This document shows, one piece after another, positions 1 through 10,287 of a stretch of 64,000 nucleotides of DNA. The notes under the pieces are model-generated. The model was not told the DNA's origin, ran no database searches, and saw nothing but the letters and a program-made list of their open reading frames with translations. The position numbers and the translations under genes were made by a program. The stretch covers positions 32,001-96,000 of the forward strand of contig CAXXVZ010000003.1 of NCBI GenBank assembly GCA_963678065.2, given 5' to 3'. The stretch's first letter is position 1. Every line of letters starts with the position of its first letter. Origin of the DNA: Treponemataceae bacterium. GTDB taxonomy: Bacteria > Spirochaetota > Spirochaetia > Treponematales > Rectinemataceae.

Positions 1-24
1 GTTCCAGCACCTAAAGGAGTTGCG

Positions 25-1389
25 ATGAAAAGGAATGTTACTTTAGTGATGTTGCTGCTGGCCATGACCAGCTTGTTCTGCGCGCCGTTGTTCGCCGCCG
101 GCAGCCAGAAAGTGAAGATCACCGTTTGGGGGCCGCTGGAGAACTACAGCGAGGCCGAGAAGAAATCCTGGACCTTCTGCGTGGAGGAATACAAGCGCCG
201 TTATCCGAATGTTGAGATCATCAGCATCTTCTCCCCTGCCGGCACCGATTATCGCCAGCAGTACGACAAGGCCTTGATGGCCGGCGATGCCCCGACCGTC
301 ACGAACCTGCTGCCCTATGTCGATGTGCAGACCCGCGCAGCGAACGGCATGATCGCCGACATCACTCCGTTCGTGAACAATTTCGAGCTCAAGAAGCAGG
401 GCAAAGTCAACACCGCCATGGACGCGGCCCTCCAGTACAAGGGAAAGTGGTACGGCCTCATGGATTACATCTACCTGGCCGGCACGATCTACAACAAAGC
501 CTCGCTGGCGAAGGGCGGCGGAGACGTGGACAACCTTCCCAAGACCTGGGACGAGTTCGCCAAAGTCGGGCAGAAGATAACTGACCTGAACGCTCCGCGC
601 TTCGGCTACCTGCTCCTGGGCATGGAATGGAACGCTTGGCCCTTCACCCCCTGGGTCTGGTCGGCGGGCGGCGACATGGTCATCCCCAACGGCGATGGAA
701 GCTACCGGATCGGTTTCGCCGACGAGCCCGGCGTGGACGCCGCGGAGTTTTGGCACGACATGATCTGGAAATACAAAATGACGCAGAAAGACGTCCTGAA
801 GGCGTGGAACGACCTCCGCGACGATATGCAGGCCGGCAGGGGCGTCTTCGCCTTCGGACGCATCGACCACTACGATTCCGAGGCCGAGCGCAAGTACGGT
901 GTTCCCCGCTCCAACTTCAGCATTATGCCCATTCCCGCCAAGGACAAAGACCACAAGCCCGCGTCCATCGCCGGCGGCAACGCCTGGATCTTCAGCCCCA
1001 CCGCGACCGAAGCCGAGCTCAAGGCCGCCTGGGACTTCGTCATGCTGACCGACTACGACGAGGAGTTCCAGCTCAAGAAGTGGGCGTACGAGAATTCCAT
1101 CAATGGGCTAACCGACCGCATTCCCCCCCGCGTGGATCTGGTCAACAAGAAGTTCTCCATGGCGACGAGCTGGCCGAAGGGCCGCGCCGAGGCTGTCGCT
1201 GCGGTTTCCGCCACGGCGAAGATGGAACCGTCGTGCGCGAACTGGAACAACTTGAAGAACACGCTCTGCCCCTATCTGCAGAAGATCCTGCTCAAGGAGA
1301 AAATTTCCCGCGACGAGATTCGGTCTCTGCTCACGGCCGCCGCGAACGAAGCGTACGCCAATTATCCGGAAACATTTAAGAAGAAGTAG
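25..1389 (+). CDS. Carbohydrate ABC transporter substrate-binding protein
   Basis: Signal peptide ending LFAAGSQK; SBP family 1 motifs (YNKA, PKTWDEF, GGNAW); followed by two permeases; SD AAGGAG. Confidence 0.9.
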   Translation: MKRNVTLVMLLLAMTSLFCAPLFAAGSQKVKITVWGPLENYSEAEKKSWTFCVEEYKRRYPNVEIISIFSPAGTDYRQQYDKALMAGDAPTVTNLLPYVDVQTRAANGMIADITPFVNNFELKKQGKVNTAMDAALQYKGKWYGLMDYIYLAGTIYNKASLAKGGGDVDNLPKTWDEFAKVGQKITDLNAPRFGYLLLGMEWNAWPFTPWVWSAGGDMVIPNGDGSYRIGFADEPGVDAAEFWHDMIWKYKMTQKDVLKAWNDLRDDMQAGRGVFAFGRIDHYDSEAERKYGVPRSNFSIMPIPAKDKDHKPASIAGGNAWIFSPTATEAELKAAWDFVMLTDYDEEFQLKKWAYENSINGLTDRIPPRVDLVNKKFSMATSWPKGRAEAVAAVSATAKMEPSCANWNNLKNTLCPYLQKILLKEKISRDEIRSLLTAAANEAYANYPETFKKK

Positions 1390-1402
1390 GCGCGATACGA
1401 AT

Positions 1403-1442
1403 GAGGCCGTTCCAAAGCTCGAAAAGCCATTGGGACGGCCTC
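1403..1442 (+). terminator. Intergenic stem-loop after the SBP gene (mRNA stabiliser or partial terminator)
   Basis: GAGGCCGTTCCAA...TTGGGACGGCCTC, 13-bp stem with one G-U pair and no strong U tract. Confidence 0.55.
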
Positions 1443-1491
1443 CGTGCCGTTTCATGCTTTATAGGGGTCGACGGTAGTCGCAGCACCATGA

Positions 1492-2430
1492 ATGGAGCAA
1501 GGATCAGGGTTACTACATATGAATCATCCAACTGCCGCCCCTATCGGCCATGTCTCGAAAAAACGCTTGAACAGCGGATGGCTCTTCGTGCTTCCCGCCC
1601 TTGCGGCGTTTTTGCTCTTCAAGTATTATCCGATTCTCTCGGGATTTTTTATCACCTTCTTCAAATACAAAATCATGGATCCGCCCGGCCCCTTTGTCGG
1701 GCTCGCGAACTACTTCAAAGCCTTTAGGGATCCGTACGTCCTGAACGCGTTGGCGAACAATTTGGGCTTTTGGCTGATCATGCTGGCGATCAATTTCTGG
1801 GTTCCTCTGGTCCTGGCGATCATGGTCAATGAAGTCAGAAAATTGAAGACGCTGGTTCGGACGCTCTACTATATACCGGCGATCCTCCCGTCCGTTGTCA
1901 CGACGGTTCTCTGGAAATACATCTGGCAGCCGGACTATGGCCTTGCCAATTACCTGCTGGGCACAGTCAGCATCGCCCCCAAGATGTGGCTCAACGATCC
2001 CGCCCTGGTCAAGTGGTGCATGCGGATGCCATACCTTATGATATTTGCCGGCCTCTCCACCGGAATGAACTTCATCATTTACCTGGCGGCGCTCAACAAC
2101 GTGTCCAAGGAGACCTACGAATCGGCCCAACTCGACGGAGCCGGCTTCTGGGGCAAGCTTCTTTACGTCACGATTCCCTCCATCAAGGGGACGCTGGGGA
2201 TGCTGCTCGTGACGAACACGATAGACATCTTCAACCTGTTCGACGAACCTAAGATCATGACCGGAGGCGGGCCTGCCCGGGCCTCCGAGACTCTGGTGCT
2301 TTATGGCTTCGACAGAGCCTACACGGGCGGGGATTACAGCTACGCCATCACCATCACGACGATCTCGTTCATCATCGTGTTCCTTCTGACCGTAGTGCAG
2401 ATGCGGCTGCAGAAGGCAAGGGACGAATAG
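1492..2430 (+). CDS. Carbohydrate ABC permease (MalF/UgpA-like)
   Basis: Six TM segments; EAA-like loop YESAQLDGA; FVGLANY; start may be 1519. Confidence 0.9.
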   Translation: MEQGSGLLHMNHPTAAPIGHVSKKRLNSGWLFVLPALAAFLLFKYYPILSGFFITFFKYKIMDPPGPFVGLANYFKAFRDPYVLNALANNLGFWLIMLAINFWVPLVLAIMVNEVRKLKTLVRTLYYIPAILPSVVTTVLWKYIWQPDYGLANYLLGTVSIAPKMWLNDPALVKWCMRMPYLMIFAGLSTGMNFIIYLAALNNVSKETYESAQLDGAGFWGKLLYVTIPSIKGTLGMLLVTNTIDIFNLFDEPKIMTGGGPARASETLVLYGFDRAYTGGDYSYAITITTISFIIVFLLTVVQMRLQKARDE

Positions 2431-2439
2431 GAATATGCA

Positions 2440-3294
2440 ATGCCAATAATACAAGACAGCGAATTGAAGAAGGGGGCCTCCGGCAAGAGGCTCTACATCG
2501 CGATCATGGCGATTCTCGTCCTCTGCATTCCGCTGCAGTTCCTGCCGCACGCGTGGATGTTCTTCGGCATGTTCAAGGACAAGCAGGAGGTAATGGCCTT
2601 CCCCCCGAAGCTGTTCCCTCAGGAATTTCTGTGGCGCAATATTCCGGAAACCTTCGAGACCTTCGACCTCTGGAACAACATCAAAAACACCTTCATCATC
2701 TGCGGCGGCACCATCCTCGTCCAGGTCACCATCAGCTCGCTCTGCGCTTTCGGCCTGTCCAAGCTGAAGCTCAGGCACGCGGGAACGCTCCTCCTTTTCT
2801 TTGTGGGCACCATGATGATCAGCAATCAGGCGACCATCATTCCGACCTTCCTCATGATGAACCGCTGGAAGTTGATCAACAGTTTCTGGTCGGTCATCCT
2901 GACTTTCTCCGCGTGGGGATGGTCGGTATTCCTTTTCAAGAATTTTTTCGACACCATCCCCGACACCTTGATCGAGGCGGCGCGAATTGACGGAGCGACC
3001 AACTTGCAGATTTTCACGCGCATCATGTTCCCCCTGTCGCTGCCGGTGTTCTCGATCGCAATCCTCAACACCTTCAACGCGGTGTACAGCCAGTTCATGG
3101 TGCCGCTCATGCTTCTGCCCGCCAGGAACAAGTGGCCGCTGATGGTGCAGATCTACACGTCCACGGTCTCCGCAGTGCCGTGGAATCAAGTGATGGTGCT
3201 GCTCACCGTGGCGTCGCTTCCGTTGATCCTCGTATACGTGTCGTGCCAGAAGTACGTCGTCGAAGGAATAGTGATGACGGGGATCAAAGGCTAG
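2440..3294 (+). CDS. Carbohydrate ABC permease (MalG/UgpE-like)
   Basis: IPDTLIEAARIDGA EAA motif; C-terminal GIVMTGIKG. Confidence 0.92.
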   Translation: MPIIQDSELKKGASGKRLYIAIMAILVLCIPLQFLPHAWMFFGMFKDKQEVMAFPPKLFPQEFLWRNIPETFETFDLWNNIKNTFIICGGTILVQVTISSLCAFGLSKLKLRHAGTLLLFFVGTMMISNQATIIPTFLMMNRWKLINSFWSVILTFSAWGWSVFLFKNFFDTIPDTLIEAARIDGATNLQIFTRIMFPLSLPVFSIAILNTFNAVYSQFMVPLMLLPARNKWPLMVQIYTSTVSAVPWNQVMVLLTVASLPLILVYVSCQKYVVEGIVMTGIKG

Positions 3295-3301
3295 TGTCCT
3301 C

Positions 3302-3949
3302 GTGAGCGCCGGCCGAGATTACGTCGACACGATGCGTCGGTGGTTCCACGATGTCGTTCGGAACCCCGGAGCCTGGCTCAGCATGAGTCTCATGTTCCTC
3401 CTTGTCGCGCTTCCCGTCGTAACCTGGGGATGCGCCTGCGCCCTTCTTGCCATATATGCTGAAAAGCAGGCGAGCGGTAAGAAATTCAAGTGCTGGCCGG
3501 AGTGCAGGACATTCTTCTCCACAAGGACGGCCCTGTTTGGCTTACTATTTGGATTAGTCGATATCATTTTCGCCTTGGCGTTCGTTTTGTCTCTGACGTC
3601 CCTCTTCGCTCGGGACGCGACCATCCTGTCCAGGCTCCTCTCTTGCGTCTTCCTGTGGATCGACGCGCTCTACCTCTTGTCGGGGATATATCGGTATCCT
3701 CTGTTGGCGGCAAATCGGGAACTGTCCTTTGTGGCGGTGTTGTCGAAAAGCGTTCTCCTCACGGTCTCGAACGGACCGAACGTCGTTCTCATCTTCATGG
3801 CAAGCCTATGCGCTGCCATGGTTTCTTTCTGCGCTGGAATATTCTTTTTCGCTTTTCTTCCTGGCGCTCTCGCATTGCTGCATCGGTACAATTACCAAGC
3901 GAAATTTAGTGGAGATGTCGGGGAATTAGGAGAACAAAAAGAATTGTGA
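3302..3949 (+). CDS. Membrane protein, possibly YesL/DUF624-like accessory protein of the sugar ABC operon
   Basis: Multi-TM hydrophobic ORF 7 bp after the permease; LPVVTWG motif. Confidence 0.55.
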   Translation: MSAGRDYVDTMRRWFHDVVRNPGAWLSMSLMFLLVALPVVTWGCACALLAIYAEKQASGKKFKCWPECRTFFSTRTALFGLLFGLVDIIFALAFVLSLTSLFARDATILSRLLSCVFLWIDALYLLSGIYRYPLLAANRELSFVAVLSKSVLLTVSNGPNVVLIFMASLCAAMVSFCAGIFFFAFLPGALALLHRYNYQAKFSGDVGELGEQKEL

Positions 3950-4304
3950 GATTAGTGGTGTCCAATCCTTGCAGTTGTGATGAAGACCCGCAGAGCGAAG
4001 GTCCAGCCGGAATTGTTCATCCCCAATATTACTCGATGGCAAGTTCAATCTCTATGTGTTTTAATCCTGGACTCATTGCGTATATTGGCAATAGAGAAGC
4101 CAGCTACTATCCTTGATAGAATCTCGCCGAGCAGTCGGGGTGGGGCGGCGGCCTTCGGGTCGACGAGATCGGCTATCCTTCCGCGCATCTCGCGGCGCAA
4201 TTCGGCAAGCTTCACGCTCAACGCATCGTTTCGAACTCAACGCAGTCAAAATTTGAGAAAGAGGAGTTGCCATTCCGGATCGGTGTCGAGACTTGTGCTC
4301 TTTC

Positions 4305-5024
4305 CTACTCGTTCTTCCCTAAAAACGCTTCGATGACCGCCGGGTCCGCGAGGAGGTCGGAACTTTTCCCTTCCCTGAAAATGCGCCCATGCGAGAGCAC
4401 GATGGCACGGTCCGAAATCTTCAGCGCCTGCCGCGCGTTCTGCTCGACGAGGAGAACGGTGGTGCCCGATTCCCTGATTGCGCCGATGGTCTTGAAAATC
4501 GCGTCGACGAGCAGCGGCGCGAGTCCCATGCTGGGTTCGTCGAGGAGGAGGAGCTTAGGCGCGGCCATGAGGGCGCGGCCTATGGCGAGCATCTGCTGTT
4601 CGCCGCCTGAGAGGGAGCCCGCGAGCTGCTTGCCGCGCTCGGCGAGGCGCGGGAAGAGGGCGTAGACTTTTTCGAGATCGGACTTGACGCCGCCGGCATC
4701 CTTTCGCGTCCACGCACCGAGCTCCAGGTTTTCCGTCACGGTGAGGGGGCCAAGGATGGCGCGCCCCTCCGGAACCTGGACGAGACCCGCGCCGACGATG
4801 CGGTCGGTGCGATGCCCCGTGATGTCGCGGCCCGCGAAGCGGATCCTGCCGCCTGAGACTTTCACGAGTCCCGAGAGGGCGAGGAGGGTCGAACTTTTAC
4901 CCGCGCCGTTCGCTCCGATGATGGTCAGGATGCGTCCTTCGTCCACCGAGAAGGAGAGGCCCCTGACCGCCTCGATGCTGCCGTAGCGGACTTCGAGGGC
5001 TTCGACTTCGAGGAGGGCGGCCAT
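4305..5024 (-). CDS. livF: Branched-chain amino acid ABC ATPase
   Basis: Starts MAALLEVEAL; GANGAGKS, VPEGR, LSGGEQQMLAIGRALM, LDEPSMGLAP. Confidence 0.93.
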   Translation of the reverse strand: MAALLEVEALEVRYGSIEAVRGLSFSVDEGRILTIIGANGAGKSSTLLALSGLVKVSGGRIRFAGRDITGHRTDRIVGAGLVQVPEGRAILGPLTVTENLELGAWTRKDAGGVKSDLEKVYALFPRLAERGKQLAGSLSGGEQQMLAIGRALMAAPKLLLLDEPSMGLAPLLVDAIFKTIGAIRESGTTVLLVEQNARQALKISDRAIVLSHGRIFREGKSSDLLADPAVIEAFLGKNE

Positions 5025-6805
5025 CAGTCCCTCCCCAGATAGGCCTCGAGGACCTGTTCGTCGCGGGAGACCGCGGCGGGGGCGCCCTGGGCTATCTTCT
5101 TGCCGAAATTGATGACGACGATTTCGTCGCAGATTTTCATGATGAGGTCCATGTGGTGCTCCACCACGAGCAGGGTGTATCCGTGGCGCTTCAGGTCGAC
5201 GATGAACTCCCCGAGGCGGGCGGTTTCGACTTCGTTCATGCCCGCCGCCGGCTCGTCGAGGAGGAGGAGACGTGGGTGCATGGCCAGGGCGCGGGCTATC
5301 TCGACGCGCCTCTGGTCGCCGTAGGAGAGCTTTCCCGCCTTGAGCCCCGCGAGGGATTCGAGGCCGAGGCGCGCGAGGAGGGACAGAGCTTCTTCCCTCG
5401 CCGCGTTTTCCTCCCGCCCTTCCGCGGGAAGCCTGAGGAGAGTCGTCGCGAGGTTGGTCTTTATGTGGGTGTGCCGCCCGACAATGACGTTTTCGAGGAC
5501 AGTCATATCGCCGAAAAGCTGGATGTTCTGATAGGTGCGCGCTATGCCGGCCCGCGCTGTCCTGTAGGCAGCCTGATTCTGGATTTCCTTTCCGAGCCAT
5601 ACGATGCGGCCCGAACTCGGGCTCATGAGTCCTGAAACCAGATTGATGAGGGTGGTTTTGCCCGCCCCGTTCGGGCCGATGAGGCCGTAGATTTTCCCTC
5701 CGGAGAGCTCGAATCCCACACTGGAGAGGGCCTCGACGCCGCCGAAGAGCCGCGTGATCCCGTCGAGGACGAGGAGGGGCGCATCGGAAGAGGCCCCGGA
5801 AGTGGCGCCGACGCCGGGGACTGTGACGGAGTCGGTTCCGGAGCCCTTGGCCCGGCGTGACTTTCCGATGGGCAGGGCCGAGACGAGTCCTCCCGGCAGG
5901 AAGATGACGACGAAAAGGAGGGCCAGCCCGTTCAGGATGTTGGGCAGCTGGGCGAAATCCTTGAGGAAGCTCACCGAGGTTCCGGCCCAGTCACGAAGGA
6001 GAATCGGGAGGGCCGTGAGGAGTCCTCCGCCCAGGATCGAGCCGTACCACTGGCCCGATCCTCCGAGGACGGCGTACGAGAGGATGTCGAGGGAGCGGTT
6101 GAACTTGAAGTCCCCGTTGTCGAGGGAACCGACCGAGTGGGCGTACAGCGCCCCGGCGGCCCCGGCGAGCATCGCGCTCATGAGGAAGGCCATGCTGCGG
6201 TAGGCGACGATGTCGATGCCCATCGTGGAGGCTGCCTGCGGGTTCTCGCGCAGGGCGCGGAAGGCACGCCCGATCCTTGAGCGCGAAAGAGCCCAGAAGA
6301 GATAGCAGAGGAGGCCCAGGAAGACGAGGAGCATCCAGGTCTTCGTCTGCTTCATCGCCTCGTAGGGGAAGCCCGTGGAGAGATTGGCTCCCGTCGATCC
6401 GCCCGTGAGGTCGGGAAGGAGGATGATGAGGACGCGGACGACCTCTCCGAATCCAAGGGTGCAGATGGCGAGGTAGACATCCTTGAGCTTCAGGACCGGC
6501 AGGCCGATGATGAGGGCGATGACGCCGCAGAGGATGACGGCGGCGGGCATGGCCACTGCGAGGGGCAAGCCCATTTTTACGCAGAAGATGGCCGAGCCGT
6601 AAGCGCCGATGGCCATGAAACCCGCGTTGGCCAGCGACAGGAGCTTGGCGTGGAGGGTCGCGTAGGCGCTCAAGGCCAGGATCGCGTTGATGAGGAGGCG
6701 ATCGAGGTCGCCCGGATTCCGGAGGCACATGAAGATGTCGGCCGCAACGATGAGGATCACGATGGCCCAGGGACTCAGCTTTTTCAGGATTCCGTCGGCC
6801 TTCAT
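5024..6805 (-). CDS. livMG: Fused branched-chain amino acid ABC permease/ATPase (LivM-LivG)
   Basis: N-half LivM (YLAICTLGFGE, GRAFRALREN); C-half LivG (GPNGAGKTT, LSYGDQRRVEIARALA, LDEPAAG). Confidence 0.9.
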   Translation of the reverse strand: MKADGILKKLSPWAIVILIVAADIFMCLRNPGDLDRLLINAILALSAYATLHAKLLSLANAGFMAIGAYGSAIFCVKMGLPLAVAMPAAVILCGVIALIIGLPVLKLKDVYLAICTLGFGEVVRVLIILLPDLTGGSTGANLSTGFPYEAMKQTKTWMLLVFLGLLCYLFWALSRSRIGRAFRALRENPQAASTMGIDIVAYRSMAFLMSAMLAGAAGALYAHSVGSLDNGDFKFNRSLDILSYAVLGGSGQWYGSILGGGLLTALPILLRDWAGTSVSFLKDFAQLPNILNGLALLFVVIFLPGGLVSALPIGKSRRAKGSGTDSVTVPGVGATSGASSDAPLLVLDGITRLFGGVEALSSVGFELSGGKIYGLIGPNGAGKTTLINLVSGLMSPSSGRIVWLGKEIQNQAAYRTARAGIARTYQNIQLFGDMTVLENVIVGRHTHIKTNLATTLLRLPAEGREENAAREEALSLLARLGLESLAGLKAGKLSYGDQRRVEIARALAMHPRLLLLDEPAAGMNEVETARLGEFIVDLKRHGYTLLVVEHHMDLIMKICDEIVVINFGKKIAQGAPAAVSRDEQVLEAYLGRD

Positions 6806-7728
6806 GCCCTGTCCCCCGATTTCCGGCCCATGATGCCGTTGGGTTTCACGAGAAGGATGAGGAAGAGAATGAGAAAGACGATGGCGTCCTTGATGTCGCT
6901 TCCACCCGGCAGGTAGGCGATGCTGAAAGTCTCGATGAGCCCGAGGATGATGCCGCCGAGGACGGCGCCCTCGATGTTGCCCATGCCGCCGAGGATGACG
7001 ACGGCGAGCCCCCTGAGCTGGATCTGTCCGCCCATGCCGGGGACGATGTTGTTGGTGAGAAGTCCCACGAGGATGCCTGCGGCGCCCGAAAGAGCCCCCG
7101 CGAGGAAGAAGGTGACGACGACGATCGCGTCGACATTGATGCCGAGAAGCCGGGAGGCCTTCTGACTCGCCGCGATGGCCCGGATAGCCTTGCCCATTCT
7201 GGTCTTTCTGATGAAATACCCCATCGCGGCCATGAGGACGATGGAGGCGGCGACGATGAGAATCTGGGCGCGGCTCACGCGGATGCCCGAGAAACCGCCT
7301 ATGTAGAAGGGTTTGGGGTTGAGGACCGTGTTCGGGAAGCGCCGTGTCTGGACCCCGAACACAGCCTCGGCGACGCTCACCATGATGAGGGAGACGCCGA
7401 TGCTGCTGATCATGGTGGAGAGCCTGTCCGAACCTTCGCGCCGCAGTGGCCGGAAGGCGACGAACTCGAGGAGGAGGGAGAGCCCCCCGCCCGCGATCAT
7501 GGAGACCGCGAGACCGAGGGGCAGGGGAAGACCTAAACCCGCCATCGCGAGCCATCCGGTGAAGGCACACCACATGAAGGTGGCTCCGTGCGCCAGGTTG
7601 ATGATGTCGAGGACCCCGAAGATCAGCGTGAAACCCATGGCGTAGACCGAGTAGAGAGCGCCCCGGGAGAGACCGTCGACGAGATTCTGGACAAGAAAAA
7701 CCGGATCTGCGAAGAGCGTCGGGTCCAT
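6802..7728 (-). CDS. livH: Branched-chain amino acid ABC permease
   Basis: GFTLIFGVLDIINLAHG, GKAIRAIA, VILGGMGN motifs. Confidence 0.93.
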   Translation of the reverse strand: MDPTLFADPVFLVQNLVDGLSRGALYSVYAMGFTLIFGVLDIINLAHGATFMWCAFTGWLAMAGLGLPLPLGLAVSMIAGGGLSLLLEFVAFRPLRREGSDRLSTMISSIGVSLIMVSVAEAVFGVQTRRFPNTVLNPKPFYIGGFSGIRVSRAQILIVAASIVLMAAMGYFIRKTRMGKAIRAIAASQKASRLLGINVDAIVVVTFFLAGALSGAAGILVGLLTNNIVPGMGGQIQLRGLAVVILGGMGNIEGAVLGGIILGLIETFSIAYLPGGSDIKDAIVFLILFLILLVKPNGIMGRKSGDRA

Positions 7729-7739
7729 GGTATTCCTAT

Positions 7740-8861
7740 TTACTGGAAGAGCACGTAGCGGCCGTCCCTGACCATGAGGGGAACGCTCGGGTGGATCGGG
7801 TCCCTGTTCTCGTCGAAGGAGAAGGTGCCGAGGACTGTGTCGAGGTTGCGGAGCTTCGCGAGGGCGTCGCGGATGGCGGGGTGATCGGCCGAGCCCGCGT
7901 TCTTGATGGCCTGCGCGACGATGTAGACGCCGGCGTAGCCCTGGGCCGCGAACTGGTCGGGGTCGTGGCCGTACTTCTTGCGGAAGGCGTCGGCGAAGGC
8001 CTTGCTCTTGGCGACGGGGGAATCGATGAACCAGGAGGATCCGACGATGAGTCCCTCGGAGGCTTCCTTGGCGTTCTTGAGGATGTTGGGGCTGTTGAAG
8101 CCGTTTCCGCCGACGATGGGCTGGGTGATGCCGATCTCGCGGGCCTGCTGGAGGACGGGGATGGCCTCGCCGACGAGGGAGCAGAAGATGATGATGTCGG
8201 GCTTGCGGGCATTCAGCTTCGAGAGCTGGGTGCGGAAGTCGGAGTCGCCCTTGCTGTAGCTCTCGCTGGCCACGAGCTGGAGGTTGAGCTTCTGGACGGC
8301 GGCCTTGAAGACGTCGGCTTCGCTCTTGGAGTACTCGTTGGTGGACTCGAAGAGGATGGCGGCCTTCGTCGCCTTGTACTTGGCGGCGACCTGGGCAAGG
8401 GTTCCGGGAATTACGGAGGCCTGGGGAAGACTGTCCCTGAAGATGTAGTCGCCCATGGCGGTGATTCCGATGGCCGTCGTGCTCGTGCCGAGGACGGGGA
8501 CCCCGGCTTTCTGCGCGATGGGGTCGGCCGCGAAGGCCGTGGAGCTGAGGGTCGGCCCGATGATGGCGGCGACTTTTTCGTCGTTGATGAGCTTCGTGAA
8601 GACGCTGATGCCTTCCTGCTTGTCAGCCTTGTCGTCCATGACGACGAGTCCGATCTGCGAGGAGCCGAGGAATTTGGCCGCGTTCAGTTCGGCGACCGCG
8701 AGCTCGATACCCTTGCGGATCGAGACGCCGTAGGCGGCATTGTCGCCCGTGAGGGTTTCGACTGCGCCGAGCTTCACTACGGCGGGAAGGGGGGCCGCAG
8801 AAAGTCCCGCGAGCGCGGAGGCGAAAAGTGCAAGTGCGATTCCTTGGATGCTTCGTTTCAT
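7740..8861 (-). CDS. livK: Branched-chain amino acid ABC substrate-binding protein
   Basis: Signal peptide MKRSIQGIALALF; LTGDNAAYG, DFRTQL; first gene of the liv operon. Confidence 0.88.
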   Translation of the reverse strand: MKRSIQGIALALFASALAGLSAAPLPAVVKLGAVETLTGDNAAYGVSIRKGIELAVAELNAAKFLGSSQIGLVVMDDKADKQEGISVFTKLINDEKVAAIIGPTLSSTAFAADPIAQKAGVPVLGTSTTAIGITAMGDYIFRDSLPQASVIPGTLAQVAAKYKATKAAILFESTNEYSKSEADVFKAAVQKLNLQLVASESYSKGDSDFRTQLSKLNARKPDIIIFCSLVGEAIPVLQQAREIGITQPIVGGNGFNSPNILKNAKEASEGLIVGSSWFIDSPVAKSKAFADAFRKKYGHDPDQFAAQGYAGVYIVAQAIKNAGSADHPAIRDALAKLRNLDTVLGTFSFDENRDPIHPSVPLMVRDGRYVLFQ

Positions 8862-8964
8862 GGTCACCTCTCCAATCCAGTTGCGGACATCAATCTTTAA
8901 AAAAAGATTCTTCAAACAGTAACAAATTTTCTCCGGCTTTGGAAGACTCCCCAGCAGGTCGGCG

Positions 8965-8991
8965 AAAAAAAAGCGCCCCGGAGGGCGCTTT
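8965..8991 (-). terminator. Rho-independent terminator downstream of ilvE
   Basis: Minus strand AAAGCGCCC-TCCG-GGGCGCTTT continuing into a T8 tract. Confidence 0.75.
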
Positions 8992-9095
8992 CCGCGCAAT
9001 TAATCGCGCTGACAGTTTCGCGCAGGACAAAAATGACGAAATGGCGGTGTCGAGGCAAAATCGCCGGGGCGATGCGGCCGCGACACAGAAGGACT

Positions 9096-10118
9096 TCAGT
9101 CCGCGAAGACTATCCATCCCTCGGGGGCGGGACTGTCCCCGTACTGGATGCCGATGAGTGTGTCGTAAAGCTTCTTCGTGACGGGACCGACCTGGGTCTC
9201 GCTGTGGAAGACGTGGAGTTTTCCGCCGACCTCTATGCCGCCGATGGGGGTTATGACGGCCGCCGTGCCGCAGGCGCCCGCCTCGACGAACTCGTCGATT
9301 CTGTCGATGTAGACATCGCGCTCCTCGACCTTCATGCCGAGATACTCCTTCGCGACATGCATGAGCGAGTACTTGGTGATGGAGGGCAGGATGGAGGGCG
9401 ATACCGGTGTGACGAAGGTTCCGTCCGCCGTGATGCCGAAGAAGTTGGCCGCCCCGACCTCCTCGATCTTTGTGTGCGTCGCAGGGTCGAGGTAGATGCA
9501 GTCCGCGAAGCCGCGGTGTACCGCCTCCTCGTGGGGCAGGAGGCTGGCCGCGTAGTTGCCGCCGACCTTGACGCCGCCGGTGCCGCGGGGGGCGGCGCGG
9601 TCATAGCCGGATACGGAGAAGTTGACGGGTGTCATGCCGCCTTTGAAGTAGGGGCCGACGGGCGTGCAGAAGACGCCGAATATGTACTCGGGGGCCGCGC
9701 GGACGCCGATGTTGTCGCCGACGCCGATGACGAAGGGGCGCAGGTAGAGGGTGGCGCCGGAGCCGTAGGGGGGCACGAAGCGCTCGTTTGCCTTCACGAC
9801 CCGGACGCAGGCGTCGACGAATTTTTCCGTGGGGACGCGGGGTATGAGGAGGCGGTCGCAGGTATCCGACATGCGGGCGGCGTTGCGGTCGGGACGGAAG
9901 AGCTGGATGCGCCCGTCCTTTCGTGTGTATGCCTTGAGACCCTCGAAACACTGCTGTCCGTAGTGGAGGGCGGTGGAGCCTTCCGCGATGGTGAGAGTGT
10001 TGTCCGTCACGAGTTTCCCGTCATCCCAGGCGCCGTTCTTCCAGTGCGAGACGTACCGGTAGTCTGTCTTGATGTACGAGAACGAGAGCTTTCCCCAGTC
10101 GAGATCCGCTTTCTGCAT
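9096..10118 (-). CDS. ilvE: Branched-chain amino acid aminotransferase
   Basis: [21 protein letters not shown] (PLP lysine), [22 protein letters not shown]. Confidence 0.95.
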   Translation of the reverse strand: MQKADLDWGKLSFSYIKTDYRYVSHWKNGAWDDGKLVTDNTLTIAEGSTALHYGQQCFEGLKAYTRKDGRIQLFRPDRNAARMSDTCDRLLIPRVPTEKFVDACVRVVKANERFVPPYGSGATLYLRPFVIGVGDNIGVRAAPEYIFGVFCTPVGPYFKGGMTPVNFSVSGYDRAAPRGTGGVKVGGNYAASLLPHEEAVHRGFADCIYLDPATHTKIEEVGAANFFGITADGTFVTPVSPSILPSITKYSLMHVAKEYLGMKVEERDVYIDRIDEFVEAGACGTAAVITPIGGIEVGGKLHVFHSETQVGPVTKKLYDTLIGIQYGDSPAPEGWIVFAD

Positions 10119-10287
10119 GAAATTCCTCCTCGCCGCCACATTATGCATGAGTATGCGTTTTGTGAGAAGGGTTCGACGCCCTTGTCTTCGGCTCATGTCT
10201 CCAGGGTAGCCGGCTGAGCTTGCCCAAATCCGGACGGAGTGGTATCACGGCTATAGATAGAGACACTTCCACTTCGGAGCGACAACA

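Noticed and set aside
3950..4304. AT-richer intergenic stretch as a possible gene remnant or island edge
   Set aside because: No recognisable ORF, repeat or RNA motif.
8862..9095. Branched-chain amino acid attenuator or T-box upstream of livK
   Set aside because: A terminator is present, but I found no leader ORF with an SD and a stop before it, and no T-box motif. The simpler reading is the ilvE terminator.
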